This document shows positions 47,842 through 59,162 of a stretch of 64,000 bases of DNA, piece by piece (the first letter of the stretch is position 1; the number at the start of each line of letters is the position of its first letter). The notes beneath the pieces were generated by a model. It was not told where the DNA came from and made no database searches. It saw nothing but the letters and a program-made list of their open reading frames with translations. The DNA lies in the NCBI GenBank assembly GCA_965209155.1, contig OZ242383.1, forward strand, positions 1,280,001 to 1,344,000, in the 5' to 3' direction. The stretch comes from a bacterium. Lineage in GTDB: Bacteria; SAR324; NAC60-12. Position numbers and translations under genes: made by a program.

Positions 47842-48897
47842 ATGCGCAAAACAATAAAAACTTTTGAAGAATTTCTCCACAAACCCGTCAAAGAACGACT
47901 ATCTTATTATGAAAAAGAAGGGCGTCTCTACCATATAATGGTGTCCCAACAGTTCTCCCGGATGTTTCTTGAAAAATTGTTCAATACCGCGGATTTGATC
48001 AAGCATATCACTCGCAAACCGGATGGGGTGAAATTTCTGGCTTCGTTGTTGAAGCACAAACGGGCGATGCTCTATTTCACGCAACCTTCTACACGAACTT
48101 TCCTGTCTTTCTTGAGTGCCTGTCAAATCATTGGAATGAATGCGGGAGAAGTGCGTGATTCCGCGTTGTCTTCGGAAATCAAAGGAGAAAGTCAGGAAGA
48201 CGGATTGCGTGTTTTCAGCAGCTATTTTGATATCATCATCATGCGAGACAGCAAAGCCGGTTTTTGTGAATACATGTCTTATTTACTGGATTTGACTGGG
48301 AGAAGCGTTCCAATAATCAATGGAGGCAGCGGGAAAGATCAGCATCCGACACAGGCTTTGTTGGATGTTTATACCTTACATCGCTCATTTCAAGACCGGG
48401 GAGGAATTTCAGGAAAAGTCTATGGATTTGTCGGGGATTTGATGCGGGGTCGTGCCGTACGCTCCGTGATTTATTTATTGACCAAATACGAGGAACTCGA
48501 AATGTACATGGTAGCCCCTGCCAGTTTACAAATTGCCCCGGATTTGGAAGAGCACCTGGAAGAAAACAACGTCAAAGTCCACAAAAGCGAGTGCCTGGAA
48601 GAGGTCCTCCCTCATGTGGACAGCCTCTATATGACTCGAGTGCAGGATGAGTATGATCGTTCCGGCGAATCATCCCTGATTGATTATTCCAAATTCCATC
48701 TGACACCGGAGAATATTGATCTCATGAAACCTCAAGCTATCATTTTACATCCTCTACCCCGGCGTAATGAAATTGATCCGGTGCTCGATTCAGACTCGAG
48801 GGCAATGTACTGGCGACAACTGCGCAATGGGATGTACATTCGTGCCGCTTTGCTGCTATATTTGTTTGAAGTGGAACATCGTCTGATTGACTTCTGA
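47842..48897 (+). CDS. pyrB: Aspartate carbamoyltransferase catalytic subunit
   Basis: PSTRT, KGES, QHPTQALLD, YMTRVQ, HPLPR. Confidence 0.9.
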   Translation: MRKTIKTFEEFLHKPVKERLSYYEKEGRLYHIMVSQQFSRMFLEKLFNTADLIKHITRKPDGVKFLASLLKHKRAMLYFTQPSTRTFLSFLSACQIIGMNAGEVRDSALSSEIKGESQEDGLRVFSSYFDIIIMRDSKAGFCEYMSYLLDLTGRSVPIINGGSGKDQHPTQALLDVYTLHRSFQDRGGISGKVYGFVGDLMRGRAVRSVIYLLTKYEELEMYMVAPASLQIAPDLEEHLEENNVKVHKSECLEEVLPHVDSLYMTRVQDEYDRSGESSLIDYSKFHLTPENIDLMKPQAIILHPLPRRNEIDPVLDSDSRAMYWRQLRNGMYIRAALLLYLFEVEHRLIDF

Positions 48898-48960
48898 AGT
48901 CCGATAAAAGGCAGGCAGTCCGGCAATAAGGGTTCGTTGAATCGGTAAAAAAAGCTTCTT

Positions 48961-50466
48961 ATGAAAGAATCTCATGCACCTCGCAAGCAATTCATTTCTC
49001 ATAATGTCGCCATCATTTTAGTTTATGGCAGACCACCTTTGGTTTTTGCGGGGATGCTCTGCGCAATCGCTGTGATGCTTACGAAAAATCCGGCGGTATA
49101 TACATTCGGGGTGGTTTGTTTATTCGCATCGATGTCTTTTGACCTGGTCGATGGCTGGTTTGCCGCGAGGTTCCATCCTCATTCCAAATTGTCCCATCTG
49201 GCAGACCGTATCATGGATAAAATCGTTTATTCAATCATTTTCCCTTTGCTCGCTTTGGGGATGATGTGGCGATTTCATTTCATTGACTCAGAGAACCCTG
49301 AACAAGCATTTTTACATGTAATTTTCGTACTCATATTATGTGTCACCGTGCTCATCCGTGATAATTTTGCCCATTTTATGCGTAATTTCGCTTTACGCAA
49401 AGGCGAACATGAAGAGATGAGAGAAATAAACAGACTGCGCACCATTGTGGCCGCTCCGGTGGCCGCTCTGCTTTATGCTCATGCTTTTTATATCCCCGAA
49501 GGACCTCCCTCTGCCATTTATTTCTGGATTTCCTGGTTGGGTAACATTTCGCTTCGCGTATTGTTCTTTATCGAAATTGTTTTCTTGATCATCAACTTTG
49601 GTTCGGTGGCGCTGTATTGTCGAAAATATGGCTCTTTTTGTTTGAACGACTTATGTCTGGGCGATGAAATCCTCAGGCGACGTATCCTTTCTCTTTTTCC
49701 CAACGCCTTAACCGTCATGAATGCCATGATGGGAATACTGGCGATTTTTTTTGCATACCAGGGGAGGGTTTTAGAAGCGTATTTGATCCTCATGGGTGCA
49801 GCCATGTTTGATAAGCTGGACGGGGCCGTGGCACGGAAACTGGGATTGACCAATCCACGATCTGGTGTAAAAAGTAGTCGAAACATCAGCTTTGGAAGCA
49901 TTTTGGATGATATTTCTGATGGAGTCAGTTTTTGTTTGGCACCAGCAGCAATCTATTATATCGTCCTGCAAAATCTTCCTGTCGCGCTCGTTCAAGACTT
50001 ACCTTTTGGATGGGTGGCTCTTTTATATGCGGTATTGGGAATTGCGCGCCTGATTTATTTTACCCTGGACTCCAATCCAATTCCGGGATGCTTCAAAGGA
50101 ATGCCAACGCCTGGAGGAGCTCTTTGGGTAACCGCACCATTGATCATGCTCAACGAGGCAATAACGACCTCATACGATCAAGTCGGATTTTGGGTGGTTC
50201 TCAGCTTTGGTTTGATGATCGTCGCATCGGTCTTGATGAATTTTTATCCCATTCGTTATATTCATTTGGGACGCTTGATGGGGCGCCATCCCTGGTTTTT
50301 CCGATTGACTGTTTTGATAATCGTACTCTTTGTTTTCACTCCCTATTTTGGGCACCTGGCATTACTTTACATGACCCTCTATGCCGTTTCTCCTCTTTTA
50401 ACCTGGCGTATTTCTCCTGAAATAGCCGAAAGAGAGACCGTTGATAAACCCATTGCGAGTCCCTGA
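48961..50466 (+). CDS. Protein with two CDP-alcohol phosphatidyltransferase domains
   Basis: [11 protein letters not shown]...ADRIMDK and [10 protein letters not shown]...[16 protein letters not shown]. Confidence 0.8.
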   Translation: MKESHAPRKQFISHNVAIILVYGRPPLVFAGMLCAIAVMLTKNPAVYTFGVVCLFASMSFDLVDGWFAARFHPHSKLSHLADRIMDKIVYSIIFPLLALGMMWRFHFIDSENPEQAFLHVIFVLILCVTVLIRDNFAHFMRNFALRKGEHEEMREINRLRTIVAAPVAALLYAHAFYIPEGPPSAIYFWISWLGNISLRVLFFIEIVFLIINFGSVALYCRKYGSFCLNDLCLGDEILRRRILSLFPNALTVMNAMMGILAIFFAYQGRVLEAYLILMGAAMFDKLDGAVARKLGLTNPRSGVKSSRNISFGSILDDISDGVSFCLAPAAIYYIVLQNLPVALVQDLPFGWVALLYAVLGIARLIYFTLDSNPIPGCFKGMPTPGGALWVTAPLIMLNEAITTSYDQVGFWVVLSFGLMIVASVLMNFYPIRYIHLGRLMGRHPWFFRLTVLIIVLFVFTPYFGHLALLYMTLYAVSPLLTWRISPEIAERETVDKPIASP

Positions 50467-50471
50467 ATATC

Positions 50472-51491
50472 ATGGAAGAAACACGCGTCGTCAATCCGGA
50501 AGCGCAGATTGGTGAACAATATGACCTGTCTCTGAGACCGACCAGGTTGAGTGAATATATCGGTCAGACCGATGTTAAAGAGAACATGCAGGTATTTATA
50601 GAAGCAGCAAAAAAAAGAAGGCAGGCTTTGGACCACGTTCTTTTAAGCGGTCCTCCCGGTTTGGGAAAAACCACCTTAGCCAATATCTTGTCTCATGAAT
50701 TAGAGGTACCACTCCATGCCACTTCAGGACCTGTTATTGAGCGTCAGGGCGACCTTGCTGCCATCCTGACAAATCTGGAAGCTGGCGCAATTTTGTTCAT
50801 TGATGAGATCCATCGGATCAATCGGGTCGTCGAGGAAGTTCTTTACTCGGCCATGGAAGATTTCACCCTCGATATAATGATTGGTCAGGGACCCGCTGCC
50901 CGTACCGTCAAATTGGATTTGTCTCATTTCACCTTGGTGGGAGCAACCACTAGATCCGGTTTGCTCACCAATCCATTGCGGGAACGCTTTGGGATTCACT
51001 CTCGACTGAATTTCTATTCGCCTGGTGAATTAAAGATTATCTTGCTCCGTTCCGCTGCGATTCTGGAAATTGAAATTACGGAAGAAGCGGCATTTGAACT
51101 TGCCAGGTGTTCACGAGGCACTCCTCGCATCGCAAATCGTCTCTTGAGACGTTGTCGTGACTTTGCCGATCTGCAAACCTCTGGTGTCATTACCGATTCA
51201 CTGGTGAAGAGCAGTCTGGCCCGTTTGGGAGTGGATGTATTGGGATTGGACACTATGGATCGTCTCATATTGGAAGTAATAATCGATAGATTTGGAGGCG
51301 GACCAGTTGGACTGAATACCTTGTCCGCGGCCGTTTCTGAAGAGCAAGACACTTTAGAGGATGTTTACGAACCCTACCTGCTCCTGCAAGGCTTTTTACA
51401 ACGTACCCCACGTGGTCGGATGGTCACTGCAAAAGCCTACCAACACTTGGGGTCGCAAGATCGATCCAAGGAACAAATGAAATTTTTTTGA
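50472..51491 (+). CDS. ruvB: Holliday junction helicase RuvB
   Basis: [41 protein letters not shown]. Confidence 0.98.
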   Translation: MEETRVVNPEAQIGEQYDLSLRPTRLSEYIGQTDVKENMQVFIEAAKKRRQALDHVLLSGPPGLGKTTLANILSHELEVPLHATSGPVIERQGDLAAILTNLEAGAILFIDEIHRINRVVEEVLYSAMEDFTLDIMIGQGPAARTVKLDLSHFTLVGATTRSGLLTNPLRERFGIHSRLNFYSPGELKIILLRSAAILEIEITEEAAFELARCSRGTPRIANRLLRRCRDFADLQTSGVITDSLVKSSLARLGVDVLGLDTMDRLILEVIIDRFGGGPVGLNTLSAAVSEEQDTLEDVYEPYLLLQGFLQRTPRGRMVTAKAYQHLGSQDRSKEQMKFF

Positions 51492-51505
51492 ATTTTGGGA
51501 AATTG

Positions 51506-51853
51506 TTATTTCACTTCAAGCAAAGAATTGACTTCTAATACCCCTTCCACTTCTTGAGCAATTTCAATGGCACGATCGGCAACTTGCGAATCAGAAACTG
51601 TCCCGGTCAGGGTAACTAACCCCCGATATGTGTTCACATCAATTTCAAAAATGCTGACCAGATCATCCGCAAGATAGCGTGTATTGATTTCCGTGGATAT
51701 TGATGTGTCTTTGAAAATAATTTTTGCAGTTCTTTCATCTTTGCCTACTAAATAGCCACCGACTGCTGTCCCACTCAAAAGAACAACAGGATGGCATCCT
51801 GCCAGAAAGACTGTTGCCAGGACCATAAAAAATAAATTCTTATACTGCTTCAT
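51506..51853 (-). CDS. BON domain lipoprotein
   Basis: Lipobox LAGC; G.VTLTG.V, VEGV.EV.S.L. Confidence 0.85.
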   Translation of the reverse strand: MKQYKNLFFMVLATVFLAGCHPVVLLSGTAVGGYLVGKDERTAKIIFKDTSISTEINTRYLADDLVSIFEIDVNTYRGLVTLTGTVSDSQVADRAIEIAQEVEGVLEVNSLLEVK

Positions 51854-52178
51854 ATCATTACTCCTGTTTTATTTCCGCTGTAAAGTTCACTGGAATTCAT
51901 CACAGGTTTTTATATAAGTTTTCCTGCCCGACTCCAGTTACCACTGATAAAATTGTATATAAAATTAGTATGCAAAAGTCGGGCGAACTTGTTAAGAAAC
52001 GAGTGCCGAATTGTCCACTAAACAACTTGGATTGAAATCTTTGTAGAAAAAAATCAATTTTTCGATAAGAATTTAAATCGTGCTTTATACGGTGTGCGCT
52101 GAGGAAAATGGGGACAAGGGAACATTGAATGTGATATACTCTCTGATTGGCACTTACGTATAGAATGAAAGGAACACT

Positions 52179-52913
52179 ATGTCCGGGATTCGTGTCCTCG
52201 TCAACGGCGCACAAGGAAGAATGGGTCGGGAAGCCAGTGAGGCAGTGGAAGCGGAAGAAGGGTTAAACCTGGTTGCCCGAACAGACTTGGGTGATGATTT
52301 GGGTCAGAGCATTATAGATTCCAAAGCGCATGTGGTGGTAGATTTTACCACAGCGTCTGACGTATTTGAGAATTCAAAAACAATCATTGCATCAGGTGCT
52401 CATCCTGTGATTGGTACCAGTGGATTATTGCCAGACCAGGTTAAAGAGTTGCAAAAACTCTCTGCTGCTAAAACCTTGGGGGGGTTAATCGCTCCCAATT
52501 TTGCGATTGGGGCGGTTTTGATGATGAAGTTTGCCAGGGAGGCAGTTCGCTATTTCCCAAATGTCGAAGTCATTGAATTGCACCATGATGGCAAAGCAGA
52601 TGCTCCTTCTGGAACTGCGGTCAAAACACTGGATATGCTCGCAGACGCGCGCGAGAAAATTCCACCTGCACGACAAGAGAAGGAAATTCTTCCAGGTGCG
52701 CGGGGGGCGAGTCAACACGAAATTCATGTCCATTCCGTTCGACTACCAGGATTGGTGGCCCATCAGGAAATATTGTTCGGTGGGAACGGTGAAACTTTAA
52801 CCATCCGCCATGACTCCCTTCATCGAATGTCCTTTATGACAGGGGTTTGTTTCGGTTGTAAAAAAGTTATTGAGTTGAATGAGCTTATTTACGGTCTGGA
52901 ACACCTCCTATGA
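52179..52913 (+). CDS. dapB: 4-hydroxy-tetrahydrodipicolinate reductase
   Basis: GA.GRMG, IAPNFAIG, ELHH..K.DAPSGTA. Confidence 0.96.
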   Translation: MSGIRVLVNGAQGRMGREASEAVEAEEGLNLVARTDLGDDLGQSIIDSKAHVVVDFTTASDVFENSKTIIASGAHPVIGTSGLLPDQVKELQKLSAAKTLGGLIAPNFAIGAVLMMKFAREAVRYFPNVEVIELHHDGKADAPSGTAVKTLDMLADAREKIPPARQEKEILPGARGASQHEIHVHSVRLPGLVAHQEILFGGNGETLTIRHDSLHRMSFMTGVCFGCKKVIELNELIYGLEHLL

Positions 52914-52961
52914 GATCAAATATTCTTTCTTCTGTTTGACCATTCAAGTTTAGAAAATTAT

Positions 52962-55634
52962 ATGAATGAACCGATTGCAAGTGCTTATAATCCAAAAGAT
53001 TTCGAAGATCGTATTTACCGAAGATGGGAAAGACACGGTTCTTTCAAAGCAGACGTCCACTCCGCAAAAAAGCCTTTCACCATTTCCCTGCCTCCTCCCA
53101 ATGCAACGGGGCAACTTCATGTTGGCCATGCAGTGGGGTTGGCGATAGAAGATGTCTTAATCCGTTGGCACCGGATGCTGGGGGATGAAGCTTTGTGGGT
53201 TCCGGGAACTGATCATGCAGCCATTGCAACAGAAAATCTGGTGATCAATATGCTTCAAACCAAGGAAGGGATCAACGATCCTCGTAAAGCATTAGGACGC
53301 GAAAAACTTTTAGAGAGGATTGCTCAATATGTTCAAGAATCCCGGGAGACAATCCGCAGTCAAATTCGTCTTATGGGGGCCAGTTGTGACTGGTCTCGCG
53401 AACGATATACCATGGACCCCCAACTCAATCGCTGCGTCAATCATATTTTTATCCGAATGTTTGAGGAAGGTTTGATTTATCGGGGTCATCGCATTGTCAA
53501 TTGGGACCATGTTCTGCAAACCACTATCTCCGATGATGAAATAGAACATGAAACCATCTCGGCAACCCTATATTACCTGAGATATGGACCTTTTGTAATC
53601 GCTACAAGCCGACCGGAAACAAAGCTCGCAGATACCGGGGTCGCCGTTCATCCCGACGATAAACGGTATCAGCAGTATTTGGGAAGGACGATTGAAGTGG
53701 AATGGCCAAAAGGCCCCGTCATACAGGTTAAAGTATTTGCTGATGAACGAGTTGATACCGATTTTGGCTCTGGGGTGATTGGGGTCACCCCAGGTCACAG
53801 CCAAGTCGATTTTCAAATGTCCAGGACCCACGATTTGAATGTAGTTCAAGTGATTGGCGAAGACGGTAAAATGCTGGAAACAGCCGGCGTTTATCAAGGC
53901 ATGACAGTCAAAGAATGCAGGGAGGCTTTTATAAAAGATCTTGAAGCGCATGGTTTGATTGAAAAAAAGGAAAGCTATGATCAACCGCTTTCCATTTGTT
54001 ACCGGTCTAAACAGCCCATTGAACCCCTTCCCAAAGAGCAGTGGTTCATAGATGTGAATCGGAACGTTATCGAATGGAAAGGAAAAAAGCAGAGTTTGAA
54101 GGAAATTTTGTTGGATGTAGTCCAATCCGGACAGATCCGGATCATACCGGAACGCTTTGAAGATACGTATTACCATTGGATTGAAAATTTGCAGGATTGG
54201 TGCATTTCACGGCAAATCTGGTGGGGGCATCGTATACCAATATGGTATCGTGGTTCTGAAATATGTCCCTTCCTCCAAACACCCGAAGAAGATGGCTGGT
54301 TTCAAGATCCGGATACTTTAGATACCTGGTTTTCTTCCGCATTATGGACTTGGAGTACTTTGATTGATCCGGAAGCGGCGCAAAATTATTCTTTCTCATT
54401 TGATGAAATGTTGGAGCACAGCGCAGACTTTCAAAAGTTTCACCCGACCCAGGTGATGGAAACCGGATACGATATTTTATTTTTTTGGGTAGCGCGAATG
54501 ATATTGATGACGGTTTACATGATCAGAGATATTCCATTCGAAACTGTTTATCTCCACGGATTGGTAAGAACTCGGGACGGTAAAAAAATGTCCAAATCCG
54601 ACCCGGATACCTGTATAGATCCGCTGGAAAGTATTGATATGTATGGTGCGGATGCACTCAGAATTGCTTTGATAAGTGGTACGGCACCCGGGATGGATTT
54701 GAGAATTTATCCGGAAAAATTGGAAAGTTGCCGACGTTTTGTAAATAAAATCTGGAACGCAGCACGTTTTGTTTTACTCACTATTCCCCCGGAAACACCA
54801 ATCGAGCCCCCATTGGATGTCAGGTTACCGGTTTCTCAATGGATCCTGCACCGGCTCAATGAAATTCTGGTTTCCGTACAAAAAAGCCTCGAAAATTTCC
54901 GTCTTTCCGATGTTATTGAAAATTTACGAACATTTTTATGGAGAGAATTTTGCGATTGGTATTTGGAAATGTCCAAAAACAAGCAACGCACGGACGAAGA
55001 CAATCAAGTGCTTGCATATACTTACACTACCCTGTTAAAGCTCCTGCATCCCTATATGCCCTTTGTCACTGAAGCACTCTGGGAAGAATTCAACGCCTCG
55101 GAGTTGTTGATTCGCTGCCCATGGCCCCAACCATTGGAAGCTCATCACTTCCCGGAAAGCGCGAACCGGATTTCACTGGTCCAACAAGTGATTGTTCAAA
55201 TCCGTACGTTACGAGAGCAAGCCGGCATTGGCCTTAATGTAAAAAGTAGCGCGCGTATTTACTCGGAAAAACATGCATCACTCTTCCAGGAACATGAAGC
55301 GATTATTAAACAATTGGCACGTCTGGAAAATCTGTACGTTGAACCCCGCAAACCGGATTTGAGCCATAATTCGTTGAGTTCATATTTTGAAGACACTGTG
55401 GTGAGAATAGAAGCTTCTGTTATAGATTGGCAGGAAGAAATTGAAAAATTGAACAAAAAGTTACGGAAAGAAGAAAAATTTCTGCTTCAAAGTCGTAAAA
55501 AACTAAAGAACGACCAGTTTTTAAAGAAGGCTCCGGAACATGTCATTTCTCAGTTACGAGACAAGGTTGATTCCAAAGCAAAATTGATCGGTGCCCTGGA
55601 ACAGCAAATTTTGAAGTTCGAGAATCGGAATTGA
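52962..55634 (+). CDS. valS: Valine--tRNA ligase
   Basis: PPPN.TG.LHVGHA, WCISRQ.WWGH, DILFFWVARM, KMSKS, C-terminal coiled coil. Confidence 0.96.
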   Translation: MNEPIASAYNPKDFEDRIYRRWERHGSFKADVHSAKKPFTISLPPPNATGQLHVGHAVGLAIEDVLIRWHRMLGDEALWVPGTDHAAIATENLVINMLQTKEGINDPRKALGREKLLERIAQYVQESRETIRSQIRLMGASCDWSRERYTMDPQLNRCVNHIFIRMFEEGLIYRGHRIVNWDHVLQTTISDDEIEHETISATLYYLRYGPFVIATSRPETKLADTGVAVHPDDKRYQQYLGRTIEVEWPKGPVIQVKVFADERVDTDFGSGVIGVTPGHSQVDFQMSRTHDLNVVQVIGEDGKMLETAGVYQGMTVKECREAFIKDLEAHGLIEKKESYDQPLSICYRSKQPIEPLPKEQWFIDVNRNVIEWKGKKQSLKEILLDVVQSGQIRIIPERFEDTYYHWIENLQDWCISRQIWWGHRIPIWYRGSEICPFLQTPEEDGWFQDPDTLDTWFSSALWTWSTLIDPEAAQNYSFSFDEMLEHSADFQKFHPTQVMETGYDILFFWVARMILMTVYMIRDIPFETVYLHGLVRTRDGKKMSKSDPDTCIDPLESIDMYGADALRIALISGTAPGMDLRIYPEKLESCRRFVNKIWNAARFVLLTIPPETPIEPPLDVRLPVSQWILHRLNEILVSVQKSLENFRLSDVIENLRTFLWREFCDWYLEMSKNKQRTDEDNQVLAYTYTTLLKLLHPYMPFVTEALWEEFNASELLIRCPWPQPLEAHHFPESANRISLVQQVIVQIRTLREQAGIGLNVKSSARIYSEKHASLFQEHEAIIKQLARLENLYVEPRKPDLSHNSLSSYFEDTVVRIEASVIDWQEEIEKLNKKLRKEEKFLLQSRKKLKNDQFLKKAPEHVISQLRDKVDSKAKLIGALEQQILKFENRN

Positions 55635-55636
55635 TA

Positions 55637-56578
55637 ATGTCCGGACCCATTCGAACTGCAGTGATTGGAGTAGGATACCTGGGGAGATTCCATGCGCAAA
55701 AGTATGCCCAACTCGAAGGTTGCGATTTAGTCGGAGTGGTGGACAAGGATTTGGCCAGGGCCCAATTTGTGGGCAAAGAATTGTCAGTGCCTTTTTACCA
55801 GGGTTGCGATGCTTTGCTGAATCGGGTGGATGCCGTCAGTATCGCCGTTCCCACTAAAGATCACTACCAGTTGGCAAAAATCTTCATGGAGCATGGCGTT
55901 CATGTTTTGGTGGAAAAACCATTTACGGCTACGCTGGATCAAGCGAGAGAATTAATCAGTCTTTCACATTCGCATCGTGTTCATCTTCAAGTTGGACACT
56001 TGGAACGTTTCAATATAGTTTTTTCAGAGTTCCAAGGACTGGTCGATTGTCCTCAATACATCGAATGTATCCGTATTTCCAAGTTTCGGAAACGAGGAAC
56101 CGATATCGACGTGATTCTGGATTTGATGATTCATGATATCGACCTCGTGCTCACTCTGCTTAAACAAGAACCTGTTGCAGTGGATAGCGTCGGAACTTCC
56201 GTACTGACGAGTGAAGTCGACCTGGCCAACGCCAGAATGAAATTTTCCAATGGATGTGTTACCAATTTTGTAGCCAGCCGTGTCTCCGATAAGTCAGAAC
56301 GGAAGATGCGGATTTTCCAGAAGGGTTTGTACCTCTCTTTAGACTATGGAACGGGAAACGTACGCAAACTAGAAATAAATCCTGGAGATCAATTGCAGGA
56401 TGATGATTTGAAGCCGAAAGAATTTCAACTGGAAAAAAACGATTCCTTGCTGGAAGAAATTCGTAGTTTCATCCTTTCAATCCAGCACCAATCCCCACCT
56501 TTGGTTACCGCAGAAGCAGGACTGAAAACCATGGAAGTGGCATGGAAAATTAAATCACAAATGCAACATTCGACTTAA
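55637..56578 (+). CDS. Gfo/Idh/MocA family oxidoreductase
   Basis: GVGYLGRFHA.KY, VEKP, VGHLERFN, DLMIHDID. Confidence 0.9.
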   Translation: MSGPIRTAVIGVGYLGRFHAQKYAQLEGCDLVGVVDKDLARAQFVGKELSVPFYQGCDALLNRVDAVSIAVPTKDHYQLAKIFMEHGVHVLVEKPFTATLDQARELISLSHSHRVHLQVGHLERFNIVFSEFQGLVDCPQYIECIRISKFRKRGTDIDVILDLMIHDIDLVLTLLKQEPVAVDSVGTSVLTSEVDLANARMKFSNGCVTNFVASRVSDKSERKMRIFQKGLYLSLDYGTGNVRKLEINPGDQLQDDDLKPKEFQLEKNDSLLEEIRSFILSIQHQSPPLVTAEAGLKTMEVAWKIKSQMQHST

Positions 56579-56604
56579 AAATTGACGATCATCGGATACT
56601 GGTC

Positions 56605-57261
56605 ATGAAAAACTCTTTTTATTTATTGATAATATTTGTAATCGGAATTCCAGGAGGATCTCTCATCCAGGCAGCAGATACTGATATCCTGGATCAAATA
56701 CAGCAACGCTATCAAACAATTTCCAGTTTTCAGGGAAAATTTGCGCAAAGCAACTATATCGCCCAAAGGCAGGAACCACGTCAAGCATCTGGTGTGGTCA
56801 CCTATGCCCGTCCTGGGAAGATGCGCTGGAACTATCATGAACCGGACGAGCAACTCCTGGTCACCAATGGCACGACTTTGTGGCTTTTTGATCCAATCCT
56901 GGAAAATGTCACGGTTCAATCTCTGAAGGAGGTCACGCCCGGCACCACTCTTTCTTTTTTACTGGGAGTGGGGAATCTGAAAAATGACTTTGAACGTCGC
57001 CCCTTGACACGGGATTTGATCAACGCGCCTGACATGCTCATCGTCGAACTCAAACCCAAAAACAACATTGCCGCCCTTGATTTCATTCAACTGGCAGTAG
57101 ATCCTGAAACCTTCGACTTCAATCAAATTGCTCTGGTGGATATGCAAGGAAATTACCGATTGATTGCTTTTCAGGACATGCAATACAATCTCGCTTTGGA
57201 TATGAGCCAATTCAATTTTGAAATCAGAGAAGGCATGGAAGTCATCGAGGCTAACCAGTAA
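56605..57261 (+). CDS. lolA: Outer-membrane lipoprotein carrier LolA
   Basis: RPGKMRW.Y..PDEQL.V.NG..LW.FDP. Confidence 0.88.
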   Translation: MKNSFYLLIIFVIGIPGGSLIQAADTDILDQIQQRYQTISSFQGKFAQSNYIAQRQEPRQASGVVTYARPGKMRWNYHEPDEQLLVTNGTTLWLFDPILENVTVQSLKEVTPGTTLSFLLGVGNLKNDFERRPLTRDLINAPDMLIVELKPKNNIAALDFIQLAVDPETFDFNQIALVDMQGNYRLIAFQDMQYNLALDMSQFNFEIREGMEVIEANQ

Positions 57262-57282
57262 CCCCTTACGAATCAATAAACC

Positions 57283-58098
57283 ATGAGTCTTTTAAAATCT
57301 TCTTTGGGCGAGAATGATGAATTACGAAAGATCAGGGGAAACATGCCACGAAGCGATGGGCGTGATCCAGGTGAACCACGTCCTGTACGCATCGTTACGG
57401 ATTTCACTATGCACGCGCAAGGCTCTGTGTTTGTTGAATCGGGAAACACCAAAGTGCTTTGCACCGCATGTCTGGTAGATGGTGTGCCTGCCTTCTTGCG
57501 CGGAACCGGAAGTGGTTGGTTGACTTCGGAGTATAGAATGCTTCCCAGTTCGACCAAGACACGAAAAAAAAGAGATTCTTCCGGAAATACCGATGGCCGA
57601 AATCAGGAAATCCAAAGACTTATTGGTCGATCTTTGCGATCTGTCGTCAATTTGGATTTTATTGGCGAACGAACCATATGGATCGATTGTGACGTGATTC
57701 AAGCAGATGGTGGAACCCGAACGGCTGCGATCACAGGAGGGTTTGTGGCTCTGGTGCTTGCATTGCGGCGTCTTTACGACGAAAAGAAGATAAAGAGAAT
57801 TCCTGTTACCCGGTATCTGTCCGCGATCAGTGTCGGCATTGTCAAAGGGCGTCCACTGCTGGATTTGAATTACGAAGAAGACAGCCAGGCGGAAGTCGAC
57901 TTGAATGTGGTGATGCTCGAAAACCGCTCCCTCATTGAAGTCCAGGGGAATGCGGAAGGAAAACCCTTTTCCCGGCAGGATATCAATACGATGCTGGACT
58001 ATGCGGAAAAAGGATTGACGCAACATTTTGCCACGCAAAAAAAAGCTCTGGATGGCTATTTGATAAAGCGGGTTGAAAATCAAACCAAACAGGATTAA
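57283..58098 (+). CDS. rph: Ribonuclease PH
   Basis: EIQRLIGRSLR, DCDVIQADGGTRTA. Confidence 0.96.
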   Translation: MSLLKSSLGENDELRKIRGNMPRSDGRDPGEPRPVRIVTDFTMHAQGSVFVESGNTKVLCTACLVDGVPAFLRGTGSGWLTSEYRMLPSSTKTRKKRDSSGNTDGRNQEIQRLIGRSLRSVVNLDFIGERTIWIDCDVIQADGGTRTAAITGGFVALVLALRRLYDEKKIKRIPVTRYLSAISVGIVKGRPLLDLNYEEDSQAEVDLNVVMLENRSLIEVQGNAEGKPFSRQDINTMLDYAEKGLTQHFATQKKALDGYLIKRVENQTKQD

Positions 58099-58971
58099 AT
58101 GCTCCTTTCCCCAATTTTCACCTTTGAGACCTACCGTCCGTATATTTTTTCTTTAAAAGTTCCAGGTATTGAACTCACTTTGGAACCGCGATTTTATGGC
58201 TTGTTTTACGCCATCGCCATCGTTGCCGGTTATAAAATCCTGTTGTCGGAGTCGATTCGTCGCAATTTAGGTTTGAATGCGGATCAAGCAATGAATTGCA
58301 CGCTTTTTCTCTTCTTGGGAGGTTTGCTGGGAGGACGAATTTACGAAGTTTTTTTTGAATGGAATACGTTTTATGCTTACAGACCATGGTGGGAAGTATT
58401 TGCTATCTGGCGTGGAGGTTTGGCAATTCACGGTGGTATTTTGGGAGGGTTGATTGCAGTGTATTTTTATACCCGCTTTAAAAACCTGCGCTTTCTGGAA
58501 ATTGCCGACATTGGCGCTTTGGGCATCGTATTGGGACAAGCGATTGGAAGGTGGGGCAATTTTACCAATGGTGAAGCGGCGGGACCGGTTACGAATTTTT
58601 GGACCGGGGTTGTTTTCCCTCCCGGTTCTCCAACATACCTTTATGCCCAAGGTAAACCGGTACATCCCACCATGATTTATGAATCGATTGCGAATTTGAT
58701 CATTTTTACAGTTTTGTGGAGGTTGCGATTGAAGAATTTTCGCCCGGGAATGCTCCTGGCCTTGTATTTGATTTTTTATTCATTGTTACGGACTCTCCTC
58801 ACACCGTTACGGATGGACAATCAATATTTCACATTCATGGGAATCAAACTATTGGCTCCCTATACTGCTGGCGCAATCCTCACTATTGCTGCCATTTCCC
58901 TGATTTGGACGTGCAAACTTTGGAAACAGGAAAACCCGCTCTCTCACACCAATCCTCCCTCGTCCAAGTAA
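58099..58971 (+). CDS. lgt: Prolipoprotein diacylglyceryl transferase
   Basis: R.YG, W.GGLAIHGG, QAIGRWGNF.NGE, HPT..YE. Confidence 0.94.
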   Translation: MLLSPIFTFETYRPYIFSLKVPGIELTLEPRFYGLFYAIAIVAGYKILLSESIRRNLGLNADQAMNCTLFLFLGGLLGGRIYEVFFEWNTFYAYRPWWEVFAIWRGGLAIHGGILGGLIAVYFYTRFKNLRFLEIADIGALGIVLGQAIGRWGNFTNGEAAGPVTNFWTGVVFPPGSPTYLYAQGKPVHPTMIYESIANLIIFTVLWRLRLKNFRPGMLLALYLIFYSLLRTLLTPLRMDNQYFTFMGIKLLAPYTAGAILTIAAISLIWTCKLWKQENPLSHTNPPSSK

Positions 58972-58994
58972 GTGATCCGATCGAAACTCTCTCA

Positions 58995-59162
58995 TCAGAC
59001 GATGGACCCAGAATAAGCCAATTGGTTATCGATTTCTGTATGGCGTGGAACTGCCGAACGTGTATTCAAAATAGGATTATGCCACCAAGAATGATTACCA
59101 CCTTCCCGAAGGAGTTCACATCCATGCTTGCGCAAATATTTGATCAATTCATTGCGTTTCAT
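58995..59162 (-). CDS. hicA: HicA family toxin, C-terminus apparently truncated or replaced
   Basis: Not in the ORF track: MKRNELIKYLRKHGCELLREGGNHSWWHNP..TRSAVPRHTEIDNQLAYSGSIV*; ATGA overlap with hicB. Confidence 0.75.
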   Translation of the reverse strand: MKRNELIKYLRKHGCELLREGGNHSWWHNPILNTRSAVPRHTEIDNQLAYSGSIV

